From: Podarcis muralis
Taxonomy: Eukaryota
NCBI RefSeq assembly: GCF_964188315.1
Contig: NC_135658.1
Coordinates: 104,780,001-104,844,000, forward strand
Length of the DNA: 64,000 nt
Reading direction: 5' to 3'
A program made the translations under genes and the position numbers. Shown here in pieces: positions 24,622 through 36,620 of the stretch (position 1 is the first letter of the stretch; each line of letters opens with the position of its first letter). The notes under the pieces were generated by a model that made no database searches, was not told the origin of the DNA, and was given only the letters and a program-made list of their open reading frames with translations.

Positions 24622-27600
24622 ATATAATAATAAAGGGAGTGCGGAGCAGGATCAGACTGGCCAGCCCTGTCAGCCCTGACCGGTGTGTGTTGCAGTCCGG
24701 AACTGGCCGGATGTCTAAGCAAACTTGGGCACCCAGATCTGCATTTATGTGCAGCTGGGAACTGCAAAAGGCAGGGCACAATCTCACAACGTCTGAACAT
24801 CCCAGAGGTTTTGGGTGGGTTTTTGGTTTCCTTGGTATTGTTTCCCCTTGCCCTTTTGTGTCATTTATTTCGATACAGTTACAAATACATACGGCTTACA
24901 CCCTCCCTTTCTGAGCCACTCAAAAAAGACTTACAAAAGACTTAAAACATTAAACCAACATAATTTCAATTAAAACAATCAAGCTATAAAAAAGAGGGAA
25001 AGACAGCAGTCTAAAATCACTAAATCCTTCACCAGTCATTAAGCAAGCCCCCCCCCTCAAAAACCAAATGAAACAACTTGCCATATGTTGTTGCATACTG
25101 TTGCTGTATGCAAGAGGATTTAGAGACTTTCGTTCTTGTTTACAATGTAAGAATTTTATGACTGGGTGCGCATTAAGAGAGGGTAGGGCAACGCATCTTG
25201 ATTGAGGATCAAACCGAAGGCATCATGAGGAAGCCACATATATGGATCTATTGGTATATTGTGTGTGGCATTCGCACAAAGCAGGAAGGAGTGCAGCATC
25301 ATGCAGGGCTCTTGTGTTTTCCTTTTTTTACATGAAATGGAGGACATGGGTGAGGGAACTCCCCTCCCCAGCCTTAACCAAGCCTCAATTCACTGTGCGC
25401 TATTGCTTCAAGGGTCTTTCGCTCAACTTGGCTGAGAAGAAACTTGCTAATGGCAGAGCACAGAGCTAGCAAGAGCAAGATGGGGGAAGAGAGGGCAGGC
25501 GGTTTCACTCGCCTTGCCTTGTTTCCAGGGCTCTTCTCTAGCCCTCTCCTGGTGTATTTGCAAGGGAGAGCAAGATGTGTTGAGAATTCCATTCCTCCCG
25601 TGCTGCAGATGTGTGGGATTGGTACATGTCACATGTCTGTTTACATTCCAGCACTGATTATTGGAGTCTTGTGGGCGGAAAGGGAGATTACATGTGGGGA
25701 AAGTAAAGGAGGCTCCTGTTCCAGACGGTTGTCCATGAGGGCAATTGGAACAGCAATGTTGTGCTCATTCTTGTGTGTTTATCAAGCAGAAGCCATCACA
25801 GAACGCCTGAAGAGGCCAGATGCCTTGAACATGGTTGAGGCAAGAGTGGCTGAATGCTGCAGATTCAGTTAAACAGCAGTGTAGAAATTGTCTTAAATAC
25901 ATTGGGTTGTTGTATTCAACATAGTGGGCGGGGGTCATACAGATGAGCAGGGGGAGGTAGTTGAATACCACCCATAAAGAATAAATGGAAACATAGAAGT
26001 TAGACCATTAACTCTTAACTGCATTAGCAAAGTTCACACGACTGCCCTGTTGCTTCTTGTTGGACCCTTGTTTGTCCCAACATTCATCCTGCAGTGTAAG
26101 CAAAGGGGGTTCTTTGAAGCAGTTGCCTGAAAGTGTGGGTGTTGGGTGTACAGGCAGAGGGGCAGGCAAATGTTGGGCCATGACTGACTGGTGTGTTCTG
26201 AAGCCTGCTCCCCTTTATGAATGTCTGAAGGGGTTTTCTGAAAAGAGTTACTGTCAGGCCTATTTGTATAAGACCAAGCCGTGGTTCACATGTACATGAA
26301 TTGATTTCTCCAATGGATGGGTTGACAGCTGGTTGTGTAAACTGACTTCCCTGAAAATTCCCTGTAGTTGTGGTGGTATAAGCTGATCTGAACGTTCCAT
26401 CCGGGATGCTAGACCTGCCACAGCCCCCTTCCCTGGATGTTAGGAATCAAGTGATGAACACAGATGTATGAACCACTACTGTTTTGCAGACTAACTGAAC
26501 CAGACTACTCTCAAATTGGGAATCAAAGGGAAGACCTAGAAAGATTCTACCCTCCTGCTGACAAGACTGCTGCTCCCAGCTCCTTATCTGGGCCTCAGGA
26601 GAATATCCTGGTTCTGTACACTCTGTGGGATCTCTGTGCTGTCCAGCACGTTCATCTAAATGTTTTAATTGAGAGACTCTTGAGTTAAAAGTAACCTAAT
26701 CCATTTGTCCACAGCTGTCAAGATCAAAAGGAATCACACGTGTGTTTCTCTTCTCGATTAATATGTTTTAATTTTTTTTAAAAAAGTACTTCAATGAATG
26801 GCAAGCTAAGATCATATCCTCTCACCCAGATGTCAGTGCAATTTATAAATACAAAAGCAGCTCCCCACATCTGTTCTCTTATTTTCTTTTTCGATTTAAG
26901 AGGGAAATTGACCTTACAATCTTCAACGTGACTGCAGGTCATTGTTATTAGAGATGAGAAAATGCTGGTGTTCTGCTTTTGATTTAGCCTGGCAAACCTC
27001 CCAGATACATGACAATTGCAGTATAAAAACTCTGAACCGCTTTACAGTATTTTATTTTTCAGGTGGAGACATTTGTCGGTCTCTGTACATTGCACAAAAT
27101 AGAAAATCATGTCAGTAAGAGGGTGAACAATGATGCCTTTTAGAAACTCTACAGCACAAAAATAAATTCTTCGCTTGACATTCTTTCATGCCAGTTGGAT
27201 TATAATGTTAATGTTTTGGAGCAGAGCAGGTAGACTTCACAGTTTGCAGGATTTTATATTGAAATGTCTGCCCACCTCCCTAGCTATGCAGGAGCAAAGT
27301 GGGGTGGGATGCTATCCTTTTCTCCCTCCCACTTTGGGCACTTCTCCTGAATGCGCTTTCCTGAAAGTCAGTGAGTGAGGCTTTGCCCCAAATTTGTCAG
27401 CAGCCATTCTACCACTTCAAAACCTCAATTCAGTCCTCAGATAAAATGGAGGGAGAGAAAGAGAAAGAGAACAGCTGCTGGTGTTATAAAGGGAGAAATT
27501 CCTTACCCACCATCCCACGACCCGCTCTTTATTGCAAGCCTGGCAACCCTGATGGACACCTCACTAAATATGGAACAGCACCATCTCACTCAGTATGATC

Positions 27601-27649
27601 TACTCTGACTGGCAGTGGTTCTCCAGGGTTCCAGACAGAAGTCCTTATG

Positions 27650-27850
27650 CGACCCCCAAGTCAAGGAGATAAGTAACTATACAGCCTTTAGAAGACATCT
27701 AAAGGCAGCCCTGTTTCATGTTTTATTATGTTTTCATCTATGTTGGAATCTGCCCAGAGTGGCTGGAGAAACCTACTAAGATGGGTTTAGTATATGATGA
27801 TGATGGAATAGGACATCCCTATTTTCACTGGAGAAATGTTGGAGGGGATG
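27650..27850. mobile_element. Partial copy of chimeric MITE carrying an L2 3' end
   Basis: Contains TTTAGAAGACATCTAAAGGCAGCCCTG (L2 3' coding end) and ends ATGGAATAGGACATCCCTATTTTCACTGGAGAAATGTTGGAGG, the same junction as at about 44059-44106. Confidence 0.6.
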
Positions 27851-29430
27851 TCTTCCAGGCTGGAGAGGCTAGGAACTGAACAAGGGACCTATTTTTTCTT
27901 TCTTTTGCAAAGCATGCGCTATGCCCAGCCCCCCCCCCCTTTAGTGGCTACAGCTGATTGGGAGATGGAGGGACGGGAAGTAGACAGCAGCCTGAGGTAA
28001 GAGCGCAGGTGAAGTTGTGGGAAGAGGAGGGGAAAGCGGTGGAGCCAGTTGAAAAACAGTCCCACCAATTGGAAATTGTCCTCTTTCTGGGGCCCAACAT
28101 GCCCTTCTGGGCAGATAGTTACATTTTAAAGGAAATGTCCGGGTTTGGGGATGTTTTGCGGGGGGGGGGGGGGGGGGAGGAGCGCTCCTCGGGCTGCTCT
28201 GCACACTGCGGCTGCTGCCAGCCTGAGCTGGGGAAAGAGGTGTGCGGGTGCAGCGGCAGTCCCACATGCACACACACGTGCACCTCTTTCCCCAGCTCGG
28301 GCTGGCAGTGGCTCAGACTGTCCTCTTTTTTGCTCTTCAACCCTGACTTACTGGTAATAGCCCCCTGTAATGGCACCCACCAGCTGAGTTTGCTAACAGA
28401 AATGTATACAAAACTAAGAAAGAAAAGAGAAGTATAAGCAAACCCCCCAAGGTTAGCAGAAAGGCCAGTAGGCAACCCCCCTCCTGAAGCAGCTTAGTGG
28501 AGACTGAGCATGCTCAGAAGCCATGAGAGACTGTGGGTCAGTTGTTCCTTACAACTGATAATATCAAGGAGGAAGGTCGGGCTGGCTGGCTGGAACCTGG
28601 AAAAGGAGAATTCCAGCTTGAGAGTGAGGTTATTTTGCAATGGTTTGTTGCAAGGCCCTCTTTTCATAATGCAACCCAACCCAGTGGCCAGTTCAGGAGA
28701 AGCCCACACATTCATTAAATGGGGTTTGTACAGAAAGATTTGTTTCCTGATTGTGCTATTAGAATGACTCCACCTGCTTGAGGCAGTACAAGTTTATTTT
28801 CTCCAAATGGTTTAAATATAATTTAAACATTTTTTTGTGGGAAAATGAATTGCAGAAAGCTTCTGCTGGAATTATTAAACAGTGTTTGAATTTTCTGAGC
28901 AAGTATGAGACTTCTATAAAGAGGTTGTTTGTCAGAATCCCCGAGTAGTGAGTACATGCTCTATTTATAAGGTTTTCCAGCTTTAGCTTTTATTTAATAA
29001 ATCCTGTGAACAATAAGTCGAGATAAGGCAGTGACTTAATGCACAAAAACAGAGGAAATTCAGAGATCAGCTATTTCGTTCCAGCTTTTACTCCGTCCTT
29101 TTTGTCCTGATATTGCAAGAACCTGAGCTCCAAGTTTTAGTACATAAAAAGGAAGATAAGAGAGTGAAACAGAGGAAACAAAATCAACATGATATAAGTG
29201 TAAAATTAATATGGCTTTTGTGATCTTGTTCATAATAGAGTGTAACCTGCTGATGAAGGGCTAATCCCTGAAAACAAGTTAGCCCATTGTAGATGGATAT
29301 CTACTTTAGGGACAAACATATTGCAAGCATCAATCTTTCCCTTGCTACCCATCTAGAATTTCAGCCGCTAATAAGTGTCCTTCTCCTCTCCCTGCATCTC
29401 CACCAGTGAGTACCCTGGTCTCAATTGGGG

Positions 29431-29666
29431 CTAAGTACACGAAAGCACGTCAAAGTGCAAGTAGATAAATAGGTACGACTTTGGCGGGAAGGTAAACAGC
29501 GTTTCAGTGCGCTGCTCTGGTTCACCAGAAGTGGCTTAGTCATGCTGGCCACATGACCTGGAAGCTGTACGCCGGATCCCTCGGCCAATAAAGTGAGATG
29601 AGCGCTGCAACCCCAGAGTCATCCACGACTGGACCTAACAGTCAGTGGTCCCTTTACCTTTACCTT
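29431..29666 (+). mobile_element. Sauria SINE, 5'-truncated
   Basis: Body and CCTTTACCTTTACCTT tail match the other copies in the opposite orientation. Confidence 0.88.
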
Positions 29667-32014
29667 ACACAAAGTACAACACAATTGCTGTGGTTTCTCT
29701 CTGTGCTCTGTTTTCCATATGGACACCTTGAGAATCTCCAGGAATGGCGGATACAGCAAATTGCCATGTGGGGCAGGAGGTCATCCAGCAAGAGAATGTA
29801 TTTACTCAGCGTGATATGGGATGATACAATTGTCTAGCATTGCCATGGTCTTTGGTTAATACAATAACCTTATTGCTGATGATAATTGCCTAGCACAGCA
29901 TTTCTGAAACCATAGGCCACTAGTGGGTCTCAGGCCAATTTCAGATGGACATGAGCAGCGCAATTAGTTCCCCAGCTGGACCATGGCAGCAGCAGCAGCT
30001 CCCTGCACGTGCAGTGCATAGACATGCCTGGGCATGGGAGTTGGTTAGAGAGGGAGGTGTACCATGAGAAGCTGGATGGGAGGAAAGAAAAAGAAGAGAA
30101 GGAAAGGGAGGAAATGAACAGGGTGCTGACTACAACATAGCAACATAGCAATTTAAAACTGCAGCAGAACACATAATAAGATCAGCATCCTAAAAAGGGC
30201 TGCTTAAATAAAATCATCTCCACCTCACACCTGCAAGTGCAGAGGGGCTGGCAAGCGTCCCTCAGGAAGCTGCTCCAAATCCTGGGCACCACAGCTGAAA
30301 AGACTATTGCGGACATTAACACTGTGTAGTTTGAAGTGTCTGGATGCATGAAACCTGAGTCCTTTTGAAATAAAAAAACATTGTCAAGGCCTGTAAGTTT
30401 AATTCAGAAGTTTACTTGCAGAATTTTCTTCAAAACAAAACAGAAAAACAGTGTTACATCAAGGTAATTCCATTTCTTGTACATATCCAGCACAGGCTCA
30501 GCAAAACCCAAATGCAAAAGCTAGTTCTTTCCCAACCATGCCACCTTAGTGTGAAGTTTCTTCAACATCTCTGATATCCAAATGAAAAGCTTAGCAACAA
30601 TGTAGGTTTTGGGAAATTTATCTCTGGCATATCTGATCAATATCAAGTGTTATGCTGAGAAAAGATGATATAATCATAATTCACAAACCGAAATAATGGA
30701 TAATCAATGTGCCTATCAAATTTTAACTGCCCAATAAACCACTCTGTCCGTGAAATAAAGTTTAGAACGTTGTCCTGCAATTAGAAGAATACAATACATT
30801 ATCAGGGAAATGGTACATTTTTCTTTGTTAGGTGGCTATGTTTGAAACTTCACAATGGGTTTTTTTAACCCAACCGTTTAATAATGTATATTGTTCCTTA
30901 GGAAATCCATGGTATTTTAGACATAATTAATGTCCACTTTTCATTTCTAAAAAGGAAAACAAATCTATCATGCTCAATGGAACCAATGTGAAGGATTCAT
31001 CATGATGTAAATGGAACTGAATAAGACACTTTCATTAGCCATGGATCATTAGTACAACACCCCACAATGGCCCTGCCAGTGCTTTGAAGGTTTGTCATGT
31101 GAAAGCATGCTCACATAGCCCATTAATGCGTGAACAGCAGACATTCGACATCAAAACATTTACCCTCTTAAAGCCAGCCCATTATCCCAGGAAATCTGCA
31201 TCTATCTCAGAATAGTAGTGCCTCTTTCAAGAGAATTAGATGGAGTGAGACTTAATAGCTCATTACTGTATTATAAATACAGCAATTTTAATGTGATACA
31301 TTGATATAGAGCACCTTCAGACTTGTGTTTTATTGTGGGTATACTCTGCAACATCTTCTTGAAACAATATTTCTTCAGTAATGAAGTCATTCTGCTTTGG
31401 TTTGTTCTGTGATGCTTTCCCAGTGCTATCACATCACTGCTGTCTGGATATAGCGCAACAAAAGTGGAACAAAAATAAACCACAATATTTGTGGTATAAA
31501 AAGTTATGGGATTTTAGCAAGAAGTTAAAGAACATACACTGACTGGAAATGAATTCATGCAACTGCCCCAAATCTTTTACAGGCTAAAGAAGTATTGAAA
31601 GTGAGAACATGTATGATCTCACTGATTTCTTCTTCTTCTTTGGCGATCACTCATAGCCGAGTAAGATTGTCTTCCATAAACACGGTTTTAACAATAAGTC
31701 CGTAAGTGACTGTGGAGGTCAATTCTGGATCCACACGTCCTTCCATAGTGGGGACATTGGTTTCTGGGCGGGAGTTGATCATGGTGTGGATTTGCCAAGC
31801 GTGCCTTCCTCTTAGCATGTTTCTCCCTTGCGTCCTGAGTTCAAGTGTCTTCAAAGCCCATGACACCTTTGGTAAAGGCTGTTCTACAACTGGAGCGATC
31901 GCAGGCCAGTGTTTCCCAGTTGTCAGTGTTTATACTACATTTTTAAAGATTTGCCTTGAGACAGTCTTTAAACCTCTTTTGTTGACCACCAGCATTACGC
32001 TTCCCATTTTTTAA

Positions 32015-32117
32015 AAAATTAACATTCTTATGTCACATATTTATACATTATCATATTACATTACAGAGCATATTATAATTTCAAACATGTATACAAAGTT
32101 TATATACCAAAATTATG
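32015..32117 (-). mobile_element. Short AT-rich retro-insertion nested in the RTE (L1-type target site)
   Basis: Flanked by TACGCTTCCCATTTTT (from 31996) and TACGCTTTCCATTTTT (from 32118). On the minus strand the target reads TT|AAAAA. The RTE sequence resumes on both sides. Confidence 0.7.
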
Positions 32118-33643
32118 TACGCTTTCCATTTTTAAGTTCGGAATAGAGTAGTTGCTTTGGAAGATGATCATCTGGCATCCGTACAACATGACCAGTCCAA
32201 CAAAGTTGATGTTGAAGAATCATTGCTTCAACACTGGTGATCTTTGCTTCTTCCAGTACACTGATATTAGTTCACCTGTCTTCCCAAGTGATGTGTAAAA
32301 TTTTTCAGAGACACCGTTGATGGAATCTTTCAAGGAGTTGGAGATGGGGTTTATATGTGGCCCATGTTTCACAAGCTTATAGTAAGGTTGGTAGTACAAT
32401 AGCTTTGTAAACAAGCATTTTGGTTTCCCTATGAATGTCCTCAGACACTGTGCACTTCAATCGGGAAAAAGCTGCACTTGCAGAGCTCAGGCAATGCTGG
32501 ATTTCGCCATCAATGTTGGCCCTTGTGGAAAGATAACTGCCCAGGTAGGAGAAGTGATCGACATTTTCCAACATTACACCATTGAGTTGGATTTGTGGCA
32601 CTGCAGAGGGGTTATTTTGTACTTGTTGGTGCAGCACTTTGGTTTTTTGGATGTTGAGTGATAGGCCAAGCTTTTTGTAAGCTTCTGCAAAGATATTTAG
32701 GATGGTTTGGAGGTCATCCTCTGAGCGTGTGCACACTGCGCTGTCATCAGCATATTGAAGCTCCATGACGGAAGTTATGGTAACCGTACTCTTTGCTTTC
32801 AGCCTGCTTAGATTGAAGAGCTTTCCATCTGTTCGATATATGATTTCTACTCCAGTGGGGAGTTTCCCTTCGACAAAGTGTAGGATCATGGCAATGAAAA
32901 TAATGAATAGAGTTGGGGCAATAACACAACCCTGTTTAACACCTGATCCCACTGTGAATGGTTCACTTTGAGAGCCATTGTTATCTGCGATCGTTGCTGT
33001 CATATTATCGTGGAGGAGCCAAATGATGTTTACAAATTTATCTGGGCAGGCATTTTTCTTGAAGCTGTTGAGCAGTGAAAATCATGTCCACTGTCCCCCT
33101 AGAAGGCCAAAAACCATTTTGGGATTCAGGAAGGGTCACCTCGGATATTGTTACAAGACCATTTGCTAAGATCCTTGCAAGAATTTTGCGGGCTGCAGCT
33201 AATAGAGAGATGCCTTGATAGTTTCCACAATCAGTTCTGTCACCTTTTTTAAAGAGATTGATAATTTTGGCATCTCTAAAGTCTGCTGGGATTTCTTCTC
33301 TTTCCCAGATTTTTTCGGTAAGCTTGTGAAGTTGTTGTGTAAGTTCAATTCTGCCCACTTTGAAGATTTCGGCAGGTATCCCATCAGGTCCACTGGCTTT
33401 GTTGTTTTTCATTTGGTTAATAGCTGTACACAACTTTCCCAGATTTGGAGATACTGCAATCTCATCTCTAACTTGTTTTTGCAGAATTTGTGAGAGGACC
33501 TCAGCAGCCACAGGGAAGTTGCAGTTAAGGAGATGTTGGTAATGTTCTTTCCAGTGCAGTGCAATAGCTTCTTTATCTTTTAGAAGTGTGATGCTGTCTG
33601 CTGAGCGTAGGGTGCATATGCCATGATTTATTGGCCCATAGAT

Positions 33644-33846
33644 CAGGGGTCAGCAAACATCTTCAGCAGGGGGCTGGTCCACTGTCCCTCATTCCTATGC
33701 GCCACAAATAAGCCAGAGTTGCATTTTAAATAAAAGCACACGTTCTACTCATGTAACAACCCGCTGATTCCCAGACCATCCACGGGCCGGATTGAGAAGG
33801 CGATTGGGCCGGATCCGGCCCCCGGGCCTTAGTTTGCCTACCCCTG
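33644..33846. mobile_element. hAT MITE nested in the RTE
   Basis: TIR CAGGGGTCAGCAAAC / GTTTGCCTACCCCTG and an 8-bp TSD CCATAGAT / CCATAGTT. Interrupts the RTE reading ..YGPINHGICTLRSAD. Confidence 0.88.
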
Positions 33847-36415
33847 CCATAGTTGTGGGTTTAAAAAAACTTTGTGCATCGTGAGTGTCGGCTAAGTGCT
33901 GGATCTCTTGAGCATTTTTATCCACCAGGTGTTTTTTTAGTTCTCTAGTTCTTCTTTGAACCTCAATCTTAGCGTTGGCATAGGTTTTTTTTCTTAGTGG
34001 CACAGTTTCTATCTTTTTGCCAGATCTGAAAGGCCTTCCTTTTCTTGTCAATCATGCGTTCAATCTCACTGTAATTCTCATCAAACCAGTCCTGGTGTTT
34101 CTTGGTTTGGTATCCAATAGTTTGTTCACAGGCTGAAATAATGGATGTTTTTAGCTTGGTCCAGTGTTCCTCGATGTTATAAGGGAATTCTGAAAGCAGA
34201 TGGTCCTTAAGAGTCGTTTGGAAGCAATCACACTTAATTGGATCTTGAAGGGCTTGAGTGTTCATTTTGCGCCTTGGTTTCCTTCCGTGAAGCCTGTTGA
34301 GGTATAATCTTGATAGCCGTCATGGAGCATATTAGTCAGTGATCTGTCCAGCAGTCGTCGGCACTCATCATAGCTCTGGTAAGGAGCACGTCTTTAGCAT
34401 GGACAATAACATAGTCTAAGAGGTGCCAGTGGTTTGACTGAGGATGCCTCCATGAAGTTTTAAATTTATTTTTCTGTCGAAAGAGTGTGTTGGTAATAAC
34501 AAGGTTGTGTGCTGCACATATTGTCAAAAGTAAGATTCCATTCTGGTTGCTGTTGCTAACTGCTTCTTTCTCAATAGTCCCAGGCCACAGATCGAAATCT
34601 CGCCCAACTCTTGCATTAAAATCACCCAGGAGGATAATTTTATCTTCCTTAGGCATCTCTGATAGGATGGTATCTAGCTGAGAGTAAATATTTTCTTTAA
34701 TGTCTTCATCAGCATCCAATGTTGATGCATAAGCACTTATAATAGTAGCCTGTTGGTTTTTGGTGAGCTTTATCAGAAGGGTTGAGAGTCGCTCATTAAT
34801 GCCGGTAGGGACTTCTGACAGGAGCTTCACAAGGTTGTTTTTGATAGCGAAGCCTACCCCATGTATTCAATGTTTTTGCTCAGATATACCTTTGCAGAAG
34901 AATGTGTAGCCTCCTTTTTCTTCCTTCAGTTGTCCCTTTTCGAGTCTCTTGAAGCGCTGCAATATTGATGTTAAAACGTCGCAGCTCTCTTGCAATGATG
35001 GCAGTTCTGCTTTCAGGATGTTCGCTGTCTGTGTTATCTGACAAAGTCCGTATATTCCATGTTCCAAAGTTCAATTGTTTTTTACGACCGCTAGGTGGTG
35101 ACCCCACTGGGCGTGGTATTCCAGTCAGGGGAAAAGGGAGGCAGACTATGTTTAGGGCACCTTTTCTAGCCCCTCCCCCTTTTCAGGGCGAGCAGAGTGG
35201 GTCCTAAAAAGGGCTTCTCAGTCATGGATACAGCTGCCGAGCTACTCAACTGTCTCATTGCTTGAGTCAGAACGACTGAATCTGTATCCACCGCCCATGT
35301 GCCGGTACATGACTAGGGGCTTCCAGATTTCATGATCCTGCCTCCATTACCATTTGCTGATCGCCATAGGACTTTTGGGGTTTGGGTTGGGTTTTTGGAA
35401 GATGCCTGTGCGTGAATTTGTTTTATGTGTGTAGATCAGTGCACATTGACCAACACACAGTCTTCGCACTAGGGATCTGTTCCGATAGCATAAAGTAGTC
35501 ATGACAAACCGGTAGATTTCTATATGCTGCAACCTTCATCCGCCTTCACAGCTGTTGTAACATACCACTTGTTATCATCCGCCTGTTCTGCCATTGAGGA
35601 CTTCTTGGATCATTCTTTGTCTAGCTCCTTCCCTTTGACCTTACTGCCTTGGGTGACCCTGCTGGGAGTATGAGATTCCCGACTGCTTTGCTCACAAGGG
35701 TCATAGGAACATGCAAGGCCACTCATCACGACAAGGTGATGATCCAGCGAGTAGGGATCTGACTGATAGCATCATGAGCACAAATAATCATGAATGAGCA
35801 ATGAAAAGGATGTCTGGAAGGACACAAACATACAAGCATTGACTTAATCTATTTGTTTATATCAGGACTCACTGCAGTCATGTAGAAATCTCTGTCTGCC
35901 TGATATTAGCAGCAAAAGGGTGTGTGTGTGGACTGCAGAAGCCTTCCACCAGCTGTGTCTTATAGCCAATGTACAACAAGAATGCAGGATGAAAAGAGGC
36001 AGAGTTTACTCTCCCCACACCTTAGTTCATGAAACATACAAGTGCTTGAACACGGGTGCAAGACTATCACTCTTTCCACTTGATCTCAGCAACCTTTTCA
36101 GACATGGCATGTTTTAGGGCCAAATTGGACATGACATCAGACAAGCTGTCTCTTTCACAATTCCCCTAGATAAAAACCACAGCATGGGGAACATGAATTC
36201 AATCATGGCTGTGGTTGCTGGGATAGAGACCTAACTCTTTCCCCATTTAATTTAAATCACAATTTAAAGCAGGAAAATTTTGTAGGGGAAACCCTTCTTC
36301 CACTTGAATAACCTTCACCTTGATGAACCTTGGTTGTGCTTTACGCTTGTGGGTTGCAACCATGTAATCACATGGGCAAAGTGTGGTAGCATAAATTCTG
36401 ATGTGCAGAGCAGAA

Positions 36416-36620
36416 GTGTGGCGTAGTGGTTAGAGTGTTGGACTGTAACCTGGGAGACCAGAGTTTGAATCCCATGAAGCTCATTGGGTGACACTGGGCC
36501 AGTCACTGCCTCTCAGCCAAACCTACCTCACAGGGTTGTTGTGAGGATTAAATGAGAAGGGAGAGGACAACGTATGTCACCTTGAGCTCCGTCCGTGGAG
36601 GAGAAAAGGTGGGATATATA
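36416..36620 (+). mobile_element. tRNA-derived CORE/MIR-like SINE
   Basis: A box TGGCGTAGTGG, B-box-like GAGTTTGAATCC, and CORE-like GGGTGACACTGGGCCAGTCAC...CCTACCTCACAGGGTTGTTGTGAGGATTAAATGAG. Confidence 0.75.

Larger units (their letters stand above)
31627..35755 (-). mobile_element. Full-length decayed RTE-clade LINE with (GAA)n tail
   Basis: Imperfect 12-bp TSD GATCTCACTGAT (31615-31626) / GATCTGACTGAT (35756-35767). Frameshifted ORF pieces: FGTWNIRTL, ILLGDFNARVG and HWHLLDYVIV (APE); KASGPDGIPAE, YQGISLL, GVKQGCVIAPTLF, ELQYADD and FSYLGS (RT). 5' UTR spans about 35110-35755. Confidence 0.93.

Noticed and set aside
31271-31452. Minus-strand acceptor followed by a peptide ending ..THNKTQV* (PDZ-like motif)
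   Set aside because: The frame compatible with the good acceptor is not the one giving TQV*, and no homologue is recognised.
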